A stretch of DNA of 64,000 bases from Basidiobolus meristosporus CBS 931.73 (GCA_002104905.1 MCFE01000398.1:1-64000), one strand, 5' to 3'. Shown: positions 1 through 13,555, counted from the first letter of the stretch. Numbers and translations are program-made. The notes: generated from the letters alone by a model not told the origin.

Positions 1-798
1 GGCCATTCTTCATCATTACATTCAGCAGAGTGGTGGTGTATAGGTCCAAGGGAGAAACACATCCAACACTTCTCAAGTGTTTTGTGTGTTGAGTATTCAC
101 TGGGTGCAATAACTACTGGCAAAAGCTTGCTAGGAATACTTGGGTTCTGTCTCAAATCTAATGTGAAGGGGAATAAAGCCTCAAGCTTGTCAAGGCAAAA
201 TTATTGAGCTACAATCCCCAACTTAGTTGGCATCTTAACAAAAGTATGTGCCGGGTTCAGCGTCCTTTGAGATGACAATGTACTAAAGCTTCCAAAGTCA
301 AAACAACTGTAAACTCCACTAGCAGGGACTTGATAAGAATGCAGCTGTGGTCAATAGTTACAAAGACAGAAAAGTATCTTTGCCTGTACAAGAACAAACT
401 TGGGAAAGAATCAAATAAAATAAAAGATACCTACACCAAGTATTCCTCACAAGTAATGCCTCCAAGGTCAGTTGGCTGTCAGCATGGTTTCCTGGGAGTG
501 TTGTGTGGTCTGGGGTCAGAAGTTCAGGTAGCAGCAGGTAGCAGTGATCAGACTAATCAACAAGTCAGTATATTGATAAAAGGGATGATGATTTATTGTT
601 GAGGGATAGCCTCCCTTAAATACTTTTCTCACTAGCTAAGTGATTACTAATCATGGTATTCCAGAAGGTTCCAGATATCAATAGAAATCTTAATGACATC
701 AGAATGACCTAAGAATGTTCTAGGTAGGTGCTGGAAGGTTCTAAGAGGCACAGCACATCCAACCAATCAGGAATCAGTATTCTGAGACCTGTGTAACA
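1..798 (-). repeat. LTR-like repeat (family C), truncated by window start
   Basis: Aligns by eye along its whole length with 6396-7167; ends ...GTGTAACA; similarity continues about 30 bp past the CA in both copies. Confidence 0.7.
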
Positions 799-1999
799 TA
801 GGGTTACCATATATGATATGGAAATGGTAGGGAAACATTTTTAATAAAATGGGATAATGTTGTACCTGAAACTTGACTTGTCTCCCTGTTTCCCAACACA
901 CCTGCTCCCTAGAAAACTCCCAAAAGGTAAAGCAAGATGGAGTAATGAATGATATGGTAGCTGCAAAGATCTATGCATTCAGCTCTATGCCTATAGTAAA
1001 GCCGCTTACCAATACAAACTCCTCACACAAAACCTGCAGTAGACAAAGTTTCCGGTAAAACCCATGGTGCAATTTTTTGATGGTCTTTGCACAGTAATCT
1101 CACAGCTGCTGTTATATTGTGCTTAACTAATATGTGGCTTGTCCTGCATTGCAGTGGTTGATCTCAAGTATACCACAACTTTGAGTTATCTGTCAGTGAA
1201 ACAGTTTATTTGGAGTCTGTTATGTTTGTAGAAGTTGTAACTTTAACTAGTATCCTCAATCTTGTGCTCAAGATGCACTATAGGCAGTGTTTCCCATTTC
1301 TGCAGCAGAGTTCCAACCTTTTATTAGCTAATGAGCATATTACTTTAGAGTAACACTTCCATACTTGAATATAACTTTCCTTTCTGAGAATATATTTTCA
1401 TTTTTTGGATATTCTAGCCTTCCCTTTAATGCTATGGAGTGAGGTAAAGGCATTTCTAAAGGGGTCTTTAGACCTCAAGGGCAACCAGTGTGGTGTCTTT
1501 AGAGTATGGAGCTTTTTGCAGTTATCTCTCAAGTTGTATTTAAACTATTGGGGTGCCCAAAGATGTTTCTTTAGTGTAAGAGGGTTCCTTAAAGGGGTCT
1601 CAAGAGTGGTCTTTGACTACATGGTTTTTTGGAGAGAATCTTTCCAGAAAAGGGGGTAGCTCACTTGTAGAGCTCAGATTGGATTCATGTGAGCTTTGCA
1701 GTGTTTACAGATTGAATTCATGCAAGCTCTGTAGTGTTTTTACTGATGAAGTATCAGTCACATTCAAAATACTCAACAGTACAAGTAATGCAGGGGAAGT
1801 ATTATAATCTTTAAGCTTGTTATTGTAGTGTGGAGATTCTGGAAAGAGGGGCCATTTATTTTTCAGCTGGGGAGGTCATAAATATCAGAATTCTGATGAA
1901 TCAAAGTACTTGTGCAGTTGTGCAAGCAATGCACATGACTGAAAGATACAGTTCTTTTATATTAAACATAGGTCCAGCACCTGTGAAAACTTTACATCA

Positions 2000-4900
2000 T
2001 GTCATTGGCTGGTCTGGAAGTTGATGTGATTAAAGTCAGCTTAATATTCCTAGCCAAAGCTGCCTGTTATATTTGCATATGGGACTCTTTTGGTCATGTT
2101 ACTCCTGTACTACATCAAATGTGCTGCAATTTAAAACATGAGTTAGCTACTGAGTGTTCTGCATAGCGTAATATTTGTGGGTGGATTGTCTGTCAGGGTC
2201 TTGAACTTGTGTTCTTCAAAGTGGGCATTCATCATCTTTCATCTATTTATTATGCTAGCAAAAGCCAAAATAAAGAAAGGAGTGCAATACCTGTTTTGAG
2301 ATATTGTCATAATGGAATACTTACCATTACTACTCCTCAATACCTCTTAGTCTCAGAATTCATATTTTACAATGGCTTTTTGACAGGATTGTAACAATTA
2401 TTTCTGACAGGGCTTGTATCACTGCTAAAATGTACATCCTGCAAACAAATGCTTGTTAGCCACTGCTTTTGCCAGGAGTAACTCTTGAATATCTACAAAT
2501 AGCTTTTTATCACTAATAAATATGTTTTTTCTCCCTGCTGAACTCTGATCACCACTATAGATGTACTAAGGTTTTTTTTGTGTTGATGCCATTTTGACAC
2601 TGCTAAAAGGTGAAGTAAGGTCTAATATTCTCATGTGGTGGGCAATGACTTATAGCTTGCCAACTTAGCTGCAATTGCACGCTGACTACTGAGTGTTCTC
2701 TCTGTGGGTACATAATACTTGGTGTGTTGGCACTTGGATAATAACTATGTGTGTGAGCTATATACTAAGTTCTCAGAATATGACGCAATCAATGATAATG
2801 CCATCCATATTACACAAAAGAACCAACTATTTTGCAGATGACTAGGGTGTCTCAAATGCAGATGATAACATGCATTGTGACATGAGGTTAATATACTAAT
2901 ATACAGTTTGATAACATGCACAGTTCATCCAGCAAAGAATACAGCTAGCTATACCTTATATGATGATGTAGGCTCATATACCAGTGATACTACTATCAGA
3001 TATCTGCTCTCATACAATAAGATTGATGGTATATTCAGATTGTTGAGAATATGTGGCCAGCAGGATATGGTAGTAGAGTACTTGTTTGATGAGAATCAAT
3101 GAAGTGTCAAGGCAAAGTCATGATCATATATGCCTTCAGAGTAGCCCTTCCTGTATACTTGTTTGTAATTTTTACCATCTAACATATCAGAAATGTTTGC
3201 ACCTGATTGATATTAATTGCAGTACTTTATAGCTTTAAGATATCTGTTGGATGACACATGCTTATGTAGATAGGGTATTATTGGAATATTTTAAGAGTTC
3301 AAACAATGCTTTGCTCCAATAATGGCAGATTCTGGACAAGTTGGTCACCTTGAAACAGTGGCATTTATGAATGCAAATACCTTGCAACTTTCACTTATGC
3401 AGTTCTTAGATTGGCCTCTGGGTTATATGCTGTCTGCCACATGGAGGCTGTCCACCTGTACCATGTATATGGTATTTTGCATCTGGGAATAATTTTGATA
3501 AGTAACAAAATATCCACAAAGTCTCCATCAATGGTTTTAGTGGGAAAATGCCACTTCTGTGCCACTACAACCCATCATATGCTAGCAGATGGATTACAGG
3601 GCACACTAGACTCAATAATGCAACTTTTGCATACTTACCTGGGTGTTGTCAGATTGCATTTTGGGATTTTGCTGGGCTTGTGCATGGTACTGTTGTTAGG
3701 GAAGATAGGAGCAAAATACACTAGTAAGCCTTCTCCGTTAGTGCTATTACTGTGTGTGTCATATCTGGAATTCTGAGGTGAACCAAAATGCATCACAAAT
3801 TCACATGACTCCAGAAACGCAAGGTGACAAGTTGTACTAGGTGCCATTATAAAAGTATGAAGTGGTAGGCAAGTAGTTGTTAATACTGGTCTAACCAATG
3901 ACAATCATAATATGACTTGTGTTTAAACAATTGCTATGATCCTTGTAACACTTTCAATGCTGTCTGCAGGCTTGATACAATAGCATATGTTCTTTGTTCT
4001 CTTCTCCTATTGTGTTGAATTAAAGCAGTCTTATCCATGGGGCAAGCAACTTGACACCAAACAACATGACAGTTTTATATCACTTTTTTCAGCACCAATC
4101 TAAGCTTAGGACAATCTTGTAATTGAGTTGTTGCACCCATAGAAAGGTAAGATTTAATAATGACCTGCAATAGAAGGCATTCTAAACTAAGTTGTTACAC
4201 CATATATATATATGTATCTGTAATGTTATTTCCACTTGGGCTTAACACACTTGGTAGTGTAAACTGCTACAAAATAAAGCAAAGTTGCTTGGTTGCCAAC
4301 TAGCCCCACTGCTGACAGCAGTAGAAGAATGGTGTGTGGACTCCTCATACCTTAAGTCAAGTTGACAGGTTAAAAATATGTGCAAAGCTGCAAGTTGCCA
4401 ATAATGCTCAGGCAAGTGAGAATGCAGCATACACAGTACCACCCACTGGAGACTAGTGAATGGCCACTGTTACATCAGTACCATAAACATTGGCAAGTAT
4501 GTTGTCTGCTAATACCAAAGCATTGACAAGGAAATTAGGTGCAGGGATAATAGGACCGCTGCAATGGCTCAGAAAAATTAAGAAGTTGTTCATTGACAGG
4601 AGGAGTGGGTAATAGATGTATAGCAATCAATATCCCAACTAGAGAGTGCAGTATCTTGATGCAATGAAGGAACTCAAGTAGCTCAATGTCAAGCCAACAA
4701 TTGAGTCATTTCCCAATGAAACCACAGAGGAATACTGTGAAGTGGTTGAAGTGGTGCTCCAAGATGAACTTACAGAAAAGCCTGTTTTAGTCAGTAAGTG
4801 ACAGAAATATGTGTTCATAGAGCTGCAGTTTCCCCATTTAATGCCAAATCCTGGAACAGGCAGAATCCCCAAACAGCCAAGATACATCAGGAATAGGACT

Positions 4901-5607
4901 ACAGCAGTTTTCTTGGGAGTTGGAATTGCTGCCAGCTGAGCTGCACTCCAGTGAGGTAAATGAGTATACAGAGAGCCCCAATTTGACTACCACAGCTTCC
5001 ATGTCCTCTATTGTAGGCAGAGCAGAGATGTCACTGACAGACCAAGCAACAATGTCACAAATTCAGAAGTTTATTACAGTGCTTAGAGTGTATTTTGGGG
5101 CAATAACAAATACAGCAAAAGGTTACAGTACTTCTTCAGCTGTTGCACCGTAAGAATGCACTTAAATATTGCAAGGACTCATTGCAATGATATGCAGATG
5201 AGGTACCAGACCTTGGAGTGCCAGCTGAAGAACTGGACATATAGAAACCAATTGATGAACAATGGTGTAAAGCTTAAGGCTCTTGCAAAAGTCATGCAAA
5301 ACAGGTGTTATGGTAGATATATTCAATGCATGGGGGATTCATTGAGATTACTTGTCCAGTGTGAGGCAGGGCTTAATGTAGGTGTTGGGTACAGGAGTTT
5401 GTTTAGATTAGTACAGCTTAAAGCTGAGTCACGGGTACAATAAACATTGCTGTGAAGAAAAGTTTTGACTACATTTTTGACAAGATCTGAGGTGTATCTG
5501 TTAATGGTCTTTGCATGGTGTTCCTGTGGAGTCATTTAAGTTAATCATGGGATTTAAATTGAGAAACAGCCTTATGATGGGATCATTGGAGTTATTTTTT
5601 ATAGGGT
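2000..5607. mobile_element. Highly degenerate copy of the two-gene CMC/EnSpm-like element (transposase relic on -, ORF2 relic on +)
   Basis: Patchy nucleotide matches: 2400-2500 to 27600-27700, 2940-3040 to 29000-29100, 3300-3400 to 29350-29450, 3760-3880 to 29820-29940, 4660-4830 to 30780-30960, 4920-5440 to 31870-32400; ends ...TTTTATAGGG at about 5607. Left boundary uncertain. Confidence 0.7.
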
Positions 5608-6395
5608 AGGTCTGCCATATACTTCTACCACTGCTGAATTCTGGATGATCCTCTGCCCAGAAAGCTTTGTCATGCCTACTTCCACTTTTAGCCCTCTACC
5701 CTAGATGATGTCACCATCAGTTTTAGAGAGTACTTGAAGCTTCACCAGGTGTGCATTGCATATACAAGGGTAATAGTGCCTCTGCCCTCTAGAAGGCCTG
5801 CTAATACTTGCTGGAAAGGTATCCAAAATACACCTGATATAGAACTTGTTACTGAGCATGCTGGGATATGGATGTCCACTAAAGCTTTTGAACCTAGTAT
5901 TTCAGGCTTGTTTAAAGTCATTCATATATATCACATATAAGACCAGGTTGATTTCAATATAGTACTGTGTAAGTATGCAGATCTGTCAATATGGTTCCAA
6001 TAGCAAATTTCAACTCATCTTTAGTAAAACCTGGACAAAACCTACCCCCCAGCTTGCAGCTATGGCTTGGACCAGAAAGGTTGAGGCCAGATCCATTGAA
6101 GTTCTTGCCAAATAATTTTAGTATAGCCCAAGTGTCTATAATGAGCCTTTATACAAGTATTTGAGCTGTACTCTTTAATCCAGCAGAGTTAGATACCTCA
6201 GTGAGTCAACAGAAATGGAAGAATCTCAGTAGAAAGATACTGCAAGGGTTCTGAATCAAGAAGCCAGTTGATATATATGAGAAGATATATAACAACACAA
6301 GTATTGAAAACAAGAATGGGCTGAGAGTGAGGGGATTTGATCAGAGAGCGTGCAGGAGCGCTTTTAAATGCAATTTGTTTAGTACAGCCCAGACA

Positions 6396-7467
6396 TGTTA
6401 TGGCGGAGTATAAGTCCACAGGGGAGATACAGCCAACTCTTCTCAAGTGTTTTGTGTGTGGGGTGCTCACTGGGTGCAATAACCTCTGGCAAAAGCTTGG
6501 CAAGAATACTTGGGTTTTGTCTTTACACTAAAGTGAAGGGGAATAAGGCCACAGGCTTCTCAAGGGAAAACTATTGCGCTACAATCCCAAACTTAGTTGG
6601 CATCTTAACAAAAGTATGTGCTGGGTTCAGCATCCTTTGAGAAGACAATGTACTAAAGCTTCCATAGTCAAAGCAACTATAAACTCCACCAGCAGGGACT
6701 TGACAAGAATTCAGCTGTGGCCAGTAGTTACAATGACAGAACAGTATCTTTGCTTGTAGAAGAACAAACTTGGGAAAGTATCAAATATAATAAAAGAAAA
6801 CTACTTTGAGTATACCTCACAAGTGGTGCCTCCAAGATCAGTTGGCTGTCAGCATGATTTCCTGGGAGTGTCCTGTGGTCTGGAATTTGAAGTTCAGGTA
6901 GCAGCAGGTAGCACTGTTTACACTAAGCAACAAGCTGGTATATTGATAAACAGATGATGCTTTATTGTTGAGGGATTGACTTCCTTATATACTTTTCTCA
7001 CTGGCTAAGTGGTTGCTAATCATGGTGTTCCAGGAGGTTCCAGAGGTCAATAGAAATCTTAATGATGTCAGAACAAGCTAAGAGTTTTCTAAGAAGGGGC
7101 CGGCAGGTTTTAAAAGGCATGGCACATCCAATCAATCAAGAATCAGTACTTTGAAACCTGTGTAACATAGGAATACCATATATGCTATTGAAATGGTAGG
7201 GGTGGAGACATGGGTTGGCTATGTGTCATGGGTACTGGTGCATGTACTTGCCTAATATAGAATCACTTACAGCCAGTAATCTTACAAAAAGTGAGGGATG
7301 ACCTATGAAATAAGGTGGGTAGGTGTGCTAGTCAGCTGGCTTATGGGATAGTACTGATCAAGTAAGATAAATGGGATAAAACTAAAATAAGTGTGGTAGA
7401 GAGATAGGGAAGTAGAAAATATGGGATGAGCACATCTGTTAGTGGGTGTCACTGCAACCCCACTACA
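6396..7467 (-). repeat. TG...CA-bounded insertion: 772-bp family C LTR (6396-7167) plus about 300 bp extra
   Basis: Splits PHIS ORF2 exactly (GACA|...|GTGTCTGTTTG vs uninterrupted GACATGTCCGTTTG); TGTTA...TAACA ends for the 772-bp part; TATATAA and AATAAA on - strand near 6925 and 6903; no clean TSD. Confidence 0.65.
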
Positions 7468-8688
7468 GTGTCTGTTTGTGCCTCAACTTTGGGAACCAAA
7501 CAGATTTTGAATGAGTTTTTGCCTCAAATGACTAATGTACTGCATGATATTTTTGTAGAACTATGTGGGTTCTGAGAGCAATATACACAGTACCCATCCA
7601 GGCAACAGTTCCAAAGCATCCAACAGTGGGTAATTGAATACCTTGAGGAATTAGAAGCTGAGCATCAAGAGGAAGTATACAGACTAACAGAAACAGTGTC
7701 CAGATTGGGCTGGTATGCCTTGCTGGATTTCTTACCATTCTTTGCAACTTCCACTTGCCAGTGCACATTAGTCCAAACTATGCCAATACCCTTCACAAGA
7801 GTGCCCTGCATCAGGTCAATGTGTGTTGGTTCAAGGTGCACTCTTCACAGCAAAACCACCAGAACTTGCCTAACGGCTCATTTAGACATAAGTCCATTAG
7901 AGCAGGCCAAGTTTCATTAACAAGCGGCATCACATTGAACTCAGGCAAGGGCCATGCCAATGCATCAAGTTGTGCTGGCATGTGCTGTGACTCCTGTCCA
8001 TCAGCAAGTTACTTATGGTGAGCTGACTGATTATGAACCACATGAAGTACCTCCACCACCAGAGCCTTTGGCAAGTAAAAGCACTTGTCAACATGCAGCA
8101 CTGCAGGCCCATTCAGTGGCACCATCTGGAGCAATTAAACATGGCCACTCACTACAAATACACAAGTAGTCAAGATGATAGTCAACAAAGAAGTGGTTTA
8201 GGTGTGCAAAGCAATTCACCACCAAATGCTCAAGTAATAATCCTGGTGAAAAAAAAGCTTAGAAGAAGATGTTGCAATCAATGCATTGCACTGTTATTAT
8301 TTGACATGATCCAAATAATGCTTTTTTTTGCAATCCAAATTAGGCCATTGCAAATCAGTGATCTCTAAATTTTTGATAATAGTAATATCAAGGTTCTCTC
8401 ACATTTGAGACAGAACCCCTTTAAATAAACACCCTGCATATATATACATCATCTGTAACACCAGAGCAGCCAGTTGGTCTGTTTGCACATACTTGATTGG
8501 ACACATGCTAGCTATGATGCCTTATCCAATTACCAGGATTAGGGATTTACTTGCTCAATAAGCCAAGTGGGATATTTGATAGCAAATCACAAACTTGTGT
8601 ATTGGTTAAAGAGCCAATTGGGGGCTGACAGCTTCAGATTGCTTTTGGACCAATTAACCACTAAGATACCATCCAATTGGAGTGATGG

Positions 8689-9057
8689 TGTTACAAGTCT
8701 TGGTATAAGAGTTGTAGAGGAATAGGGAGTTTAGCTAGTATTGTATTCACTAAAACTTGAACTGATTTTTATTGAGGTACCAGCAACTCCTTATATACTT
8801 TTTGCCAGATCAATTGCTGACTAATTGTATTTCTTAATGTAGGCTGTGGCTGATGATTCATTTCATTGCATCATCATCACCCAATAAGATCCTACTTAAT
8901 ATATCTATTTCTGTCTGATAAGGATCTGCTGATTCATTTGCTGACTAATGCTACTGATTTCATAGATAATACTGATATACTGATAACCTAAACATATAAC
9001 TAATTGACTTGACTAAAAACTGATCTAACTTACAAATTCAAGCAGCCGATCATAAGA
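8689..9057 (-). repeat. Solo LTR of the intact gypsy family (LTR-A), 4-bp TSD ATGG
   Basis: Reverse complement of 13176-13543; ATGG at 8685-8688 and 9058-9061; empty site with a single ATGG seen in the other PHIS copy (reverse complement of about 19270-19300). Confidence 0.95.
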
Positions 9058-10214
9058 ATGGTAACTGAAATGGTAAGTATTAGTGTGGTTTATAGTGTTA
9101 TATGCATTTATTTTCATTTACATTAACAAAACATATCTAAATACCAGATTTTTCCTACTATGATTGAGGTATCCAATTGCACACATGATGCTAATCTTAC
9201 AAGTTGGTGCAGTCATCTGTGCCAACCTCATTGTCTCAGATTGTGCCATAGTATGCAAGGTTATCCCACAGAGTGCAAAATTGTCCAAGAGCAATCCTGC
9301 CTACTGGTAGCTAAAATATTGCACCCAATTGTACTTAACAACCATGGATTGTGTGATGTGCCCTAGCACAGTACAATTGAACAAGTCTACATAGTCACTA
9401 AATATACTGTGGAGAATATATGGGGCATTGCTGAGGAATATACTAACTGCCCTACACCAGTACATATATCATTAGGCATTTAGTGATTTCTAATTTTATA
9501 TAGTAACATGGATCATACGTAAATCCTGCTATTTTGACCAGATTAATTTACTTGCAACTCCCAGCTACAGGCCACACTGTAGTAAGTGATATTTGCTACC
9601 AAGATGCTGGGAGATATGGCCTTTTAAGAAAGTTTATTTGATCAAATTTGATCAAGCCTGTGAGAGATTATGTCAGATCTAGGTGGATGACCAATTTGAA
9701 TGAAACATCTCATAATAGAAGTGCTCTGCCAACAGGAGGTTCCTGAGCACTCAAGGAGATCTGACAAACCGTATATATGCTATCTGCATGAACCAGTACT
9801 AGATCAAAAAGGAAAATCCAGAAACAAACATCTTCAAGACCATATATGGAGCAAAAAGTACCACCAATAAGCTGACAGTTTCTAAATAGAGTGAGGTGAT
9901 ACATAAGCCAGATATGGACTATCCAGCACACTAGACATAATCCAGCAGCTCTATCACATGAGGATGATGGAGTATGGATGCTTGGAAAAGCAGCAGAAAA
10001 GTCCATGAGAAACTACACACTCAGTGGCAAGATCAATGCCATGGTGAAGAATGTAGTCAAATTCTTGCAGTTGGAGTTAGGAAAGTGTTACCTAGGGCCA
10101 ACCTAAGGGTTGTTATGGGTGCAGAAGATCATGGGCTTGTCTTTTGCACTGACAACCAAACTCTATGCTGGAATATTCTATTCAAAGTAACAGTAGCATA
10201 ATAAAACTGTTATG

Positions 10215-10560
10215 GTTGTTCTATGCAATTGGAAAATGCCAGGTTCAGTTGTATGGTTAGAATGCAAGGGTATAGATGAGTACATATCAAACCTGCTTAT
10301 GATGAAGCCTCTATGAATGGCTCTGTGCTACAATATGAAGCCTATCAAGATGCAAATTGAAGATCTAAGTACTTTACAGTAATATTGGTACACAAAAGAC
10401 ATGCCTACATCAGAAAGATATATATGATCTATCTAAGTCAGTATTAGAACGGAGGAAGGACAACAAGACTTAGCTTCAGGGGTAGTACAATATCTCAGAT
10501 CAGGAATGAAGAAAACCTAGTCTAAATACCGTGGAAAGCACCAGTTCAGCAGAGGATATA
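10215..10560 (-). repeat. Degenerate copy of Copia LTR (family D) 3' part plus leader
   Basis: Reverse complement aligns with about 32900-33250. Confidence 0.7.
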
Positions 10561-10675
10561 TTGTATCAACTGGTGACAATTGAGGCTACTATAATGCTGA
10601 CCAGTTATTGGTTCTAGCAGATGATATATAAAATATGCAAAAGATCTATTATCCAGAACTATTTATGGATATATG

Positions 10676-11044
10676 TGTTGAAATATTGGACTATTTGGTA
10701 TCATTCAGCAGCTAAAAATTTACTTAACAATTCTAGGCTAGTCTTAGTCACTGTAGGACTCATTTACTGCCTTAACTTCGCCACTTTCTCCAGATATATG
10801 ATCTTATGATTATTCCCCTATAGTCAGGATCAAATTAGCACTATTACCAAACATTATGTACTAACCCTGAAACTGTTACAGAATGCTCCTGAATATTGAG
10901 AAACCCTCCCTACTTAGTGTTGCAGCTGTATTACTTCTACAAAGGTATAAATACTGAGCTTCTTTATGAATAAACAACAGTTCAACTATTATCACTATTT
11001 CTTGATAAGTTCCTTATATCCAAATCACTTCTTAAATTGCAACA
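10676..11044 (+). repeat. Solo LTR family B (369 bp), 5-bp TSD ATATG
   Basis: TGTTG...CAACA ends; ATATG at 10671-10675 and 11045-11049; internal TATAAATA and AATAAA; other copies at 12826, 25733, 34221. Confidence 0.95.
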
Positions 11045-11357
11045 ATATGGAGTATAGTCCAAGTGAATTAGACTAAATACTGGAATTGTGGATGATCCAG
11101 ATCTTTTGCAAGAAACTCCATCATAACTCTGCTAGTTATAGTCCTATTATGCTAAGATAAGAAGCAGCAGAAAGCCTGAAAGTGCAGCTATTTGATATTA
11201 GGAGGTATGATGGGATATGATCAGTATCTGAAATGCTTTACTCCAATCAAGTGGATGAAACTCATTTATAAATACTTTGTGAAGAGATCAGCATTCAGAC
11301 TCAAAGTATTTGATTTGAAATATGTAATTAAAAATATAGGCTTATACTTGGTTATAA

Positions 11358-11726
11358 TGTTAAAAGTCTTGGTATAAGAGTTGTAGAGAAATAGGGAGTT
11401 TAGCTAGTATTGTATTCACTAAAACTTGAACTGGGCTATATTGAGATTCCAGCAGCTCCTTATATACATATTGCCAGATCAATTGCTGACTAATTGTATT
11501 TCCAAATGTAGGCTGTTGCTGATGACTCATTCAAGTGCATCATCATCACCCAAAAAGATCCCACTTAGTATATCTATTTCTGTCTGATAAGGATCTGCTG
11601 ATTCCTTTGCTGACTAATGTTACTGATTTGATAGATAATACTGATATACTGATAACCTAAACAAATAACTAATTGATTTGACTAAAAACTGATCTTACTT
11701 AAACATTCAAGCAGCAGATCATAACA
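11358..11726 (-). repeat. Solo LTR-A, 4-bp TSD ATAA
   Basis: Reverse complement of 13176-13543; ATAA at 11354-11357 and 11727-11730. Confidence 0.95.
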
Positions 11727-11862
11727 ATAAGAGATAATATGCAACCCCTAACATATATTGGCAAATATATTAGTCCAATAGGTTAGATGGTTATTTACAG
11801 GTTTACTTTCAACCAGAAGATACACAACACTACAGCAAGTACATAAGTATACAAATATATCA

Positions 11863-12591
11863 GACTTGCTCTGTTGGATAGTGCCACATTGAGCCATGAG
11901 TGCCAATTGATGCCATAGTGTGCCAGGGAGGCCAAATGAGCCTATACTTGGCCACAGAGTGTGAAACATAGCTCTGCATCTTCATACCAAGTAGCCTCAG
12001 TGTTTCACTCATTGTACTGGTGAAAATCCATTTTTTAACATTTTTTTGGATCAATGCTGTGCATGATTTGTAAGAGCACAGAAGAATTGAAGACATGCAC
12101 CAGGTACCCAATACCCATGGCACTCTGAATCTAACTCCTGTAGCTTGTATCTTGTCACAAAAATGAATGGCACTATCTTGGTCCACTAGTACTATTTGGC
12201 ACTCTAAGGGCCTTGCATAGGTCTTACTTAAGGGTTAATATTTAAATATAGTGCCAGATAGTATTAGTGGACCAAGATAGTTCCATTCATTTTTGTGACA
12301 TGATACAAGCTACAGGAGCTAGATTCAGAGTGCTATGGGTATTGGGTACTAGATGCATATCTTCAGTCCTTCTGTGCGCTTACACATCCTGCACAACATT
12401 GATACAAATAAAAGGTCAAAAAATGCATTTTCTCCAACACAAGAGGTGAAACACAAGGGCTGCTTTGCATGAAGATGCGGAGCTATGCTTCACACTGAAT
12501 GGCCAAGTTTAGGTCTGCGCTGCCTCTCCAGTATGCAATGGTACTATTTTGCACTCATGGCTCAATGTGTAACTATCCAACAGCACAAATC
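11863..12591. mobile_element. Fold-back (long palindromic) non-autonomous element related to the PHIS element right end
   Basis: About 340-bp imperfect inverted arms around a roughly 45-bp spacer (mirror-image ORFs MDQDSAIHFCD/MDQDSSIHFCD on opposite strands); terminus GACTTGCTCTGTTGGATAGTGCCACA matches reverse complement of 22322-22347. Confidence 0.85.
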
Positions 12592-12825
12592 TATGATGTG
12601 AGTGGGGTGCTGAAATAATCAGGAGTCCACCTATTATTAATATACTACTAACTAACACTTATTTAAATGACATATTTCAGAAAATCAACTTGGGAATTAG
12701 TTTGTAAGATATTTGCTAATTATTAGTAATTATGAAGTGCAGAATTTTGAAAAAATCTGAAACTTGTCCAAATGAGCTGATACTTGGCACATGTACTCCT
12801 GAGACTGTTGAAATATTGGACTATT
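12592..12825 (+). repeat. Unclassified AT-rich interspersed repeat (family E); continues at 18302-18410 after the LTR-B insertion
   Basis: Matches reverse complement of about 26590-26900 and 22690-22960; shared motif AAACTT(G/A)TCC(A/T)AATGAGCT(G/A)A(T/A)ACTTGGCACATG. Confidence 0.75.
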
Positions 12826-12986
12826 TGGTATCATTCTACAGCTAAAAATTTACTTAGCAATTCTGGACTAGTCTTGGTCACTGTGGGACTAATTTACAGC
12901 TCTAACTTTGCCACTTTCTCCAGATCTATGATCTTATGATTATTCCCCTATAGTTAGGATTACATTAGCACTAATACCAACTATTA

Positions 12987-13165
12987 GACTTGTTCCATCA
13001 TTCCAGCTGATCATAGTGCCCAATAGTGCCAGAGTATGCCAGATGGTGCCACACAGTGCCAGTTTGGGATCAAAATTGACATGCATATGACCTAAAAATA
13101 TCAAATTAATAACAAAATATACAGCACTTTCTGGCAAAATGATCAATGGCTCAATGGAACAAGTC
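12987..13165. mobile_element. 179-bp MITE of the PHIS family, TA on both sides
   Basis: Perfect 12-bp TIR GACTTGTTCCAT...ATGGAACAAGTC identical to the left end of 18951-22347; subterminal GTGCCA repeats; TA at 12985-12986 and 13166-13167. Confidence 0.88.
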
Positions 13166-13544
13166 TATAATTTACTGTTATGATCTGCCGCTTGAATGTT
13201 TAAGTTAGATCAGTTTTTAGTCAAATCAATTAGTATATGTTTAGGTTATCAGTATATCAGTATTATCTATGAAATCAGTAGCATTAGTCAGCAAATGAAT
13301 CAGCAGATCCTTATCAGACAGAAATAGATATATTAAGTAGGATCTTATTGGGTGATGATGATGCAATCAAATGAGTCATCAGCCACAACCTACATTAGGA
13401 AATACAATTAGTCAGCAATTGATCTGGCAAAATGTATATAAGGAGCTGCTGGAACCTCAATAAAAATCAGTTCAAGTTTTAGTGAATACAATACTAGCTA
13501 AACTCCCTATTCCTCTACAACTCTTATACCAAGACTTGTAACAT

Positions 13545-13555
13545 TGGTAGCAGCG
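13545..13555 (+). promoter_or_regulatory. Primer-binding site TGGTAGCAGCG (probably tRNA-iMet)
   Basis: 1 nt after the 5' LTR; TGGTAGC is the complement of the 3' end of many eukaryotic initiator tRNAs; tRNA identity is inferred. Confidence 0.75.

Larger units (their letters stand above)
5608..9387 (-). mobile_element. Older, truncated copy of the PHIS-like two-gene DNA transposon (opposite orientation to 18951-22347), interrupted by LTRs
   Basis: 5610-5940 reverse complement matches the DDE_Tnp_4 transposase at 21560-21880; 6215-6395 plus 7468-8280 match ORF2; 8280-9387 matches reverse complement of 18951-19690; terminus ...TGAACAAGTC|TA at 9387. Confidence 0.85.

Noticed and set aside
3631-3642. 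ATACTTACCTGG, identical to the U1 snRNA 5' end
   Set aside because: Downstream sequence has no U1 stems or Sm site; lies in a CMC transposase relic and the sister copy lacks it
9400-10210. Degenerate coding-like sequence (VFCTDNQ, LQEFDY on opposite strands)
   Set aside because: Motifs too short and mutually inconsistent to assign a family
13440-13555. Possible Tf1-style self-priming (GCTGCT just after the LTR TATA box is complementary to the PBS)
   Set aside because: Only 6 nt of complementarity; the PBS begins TGG and fits tRNA priming better
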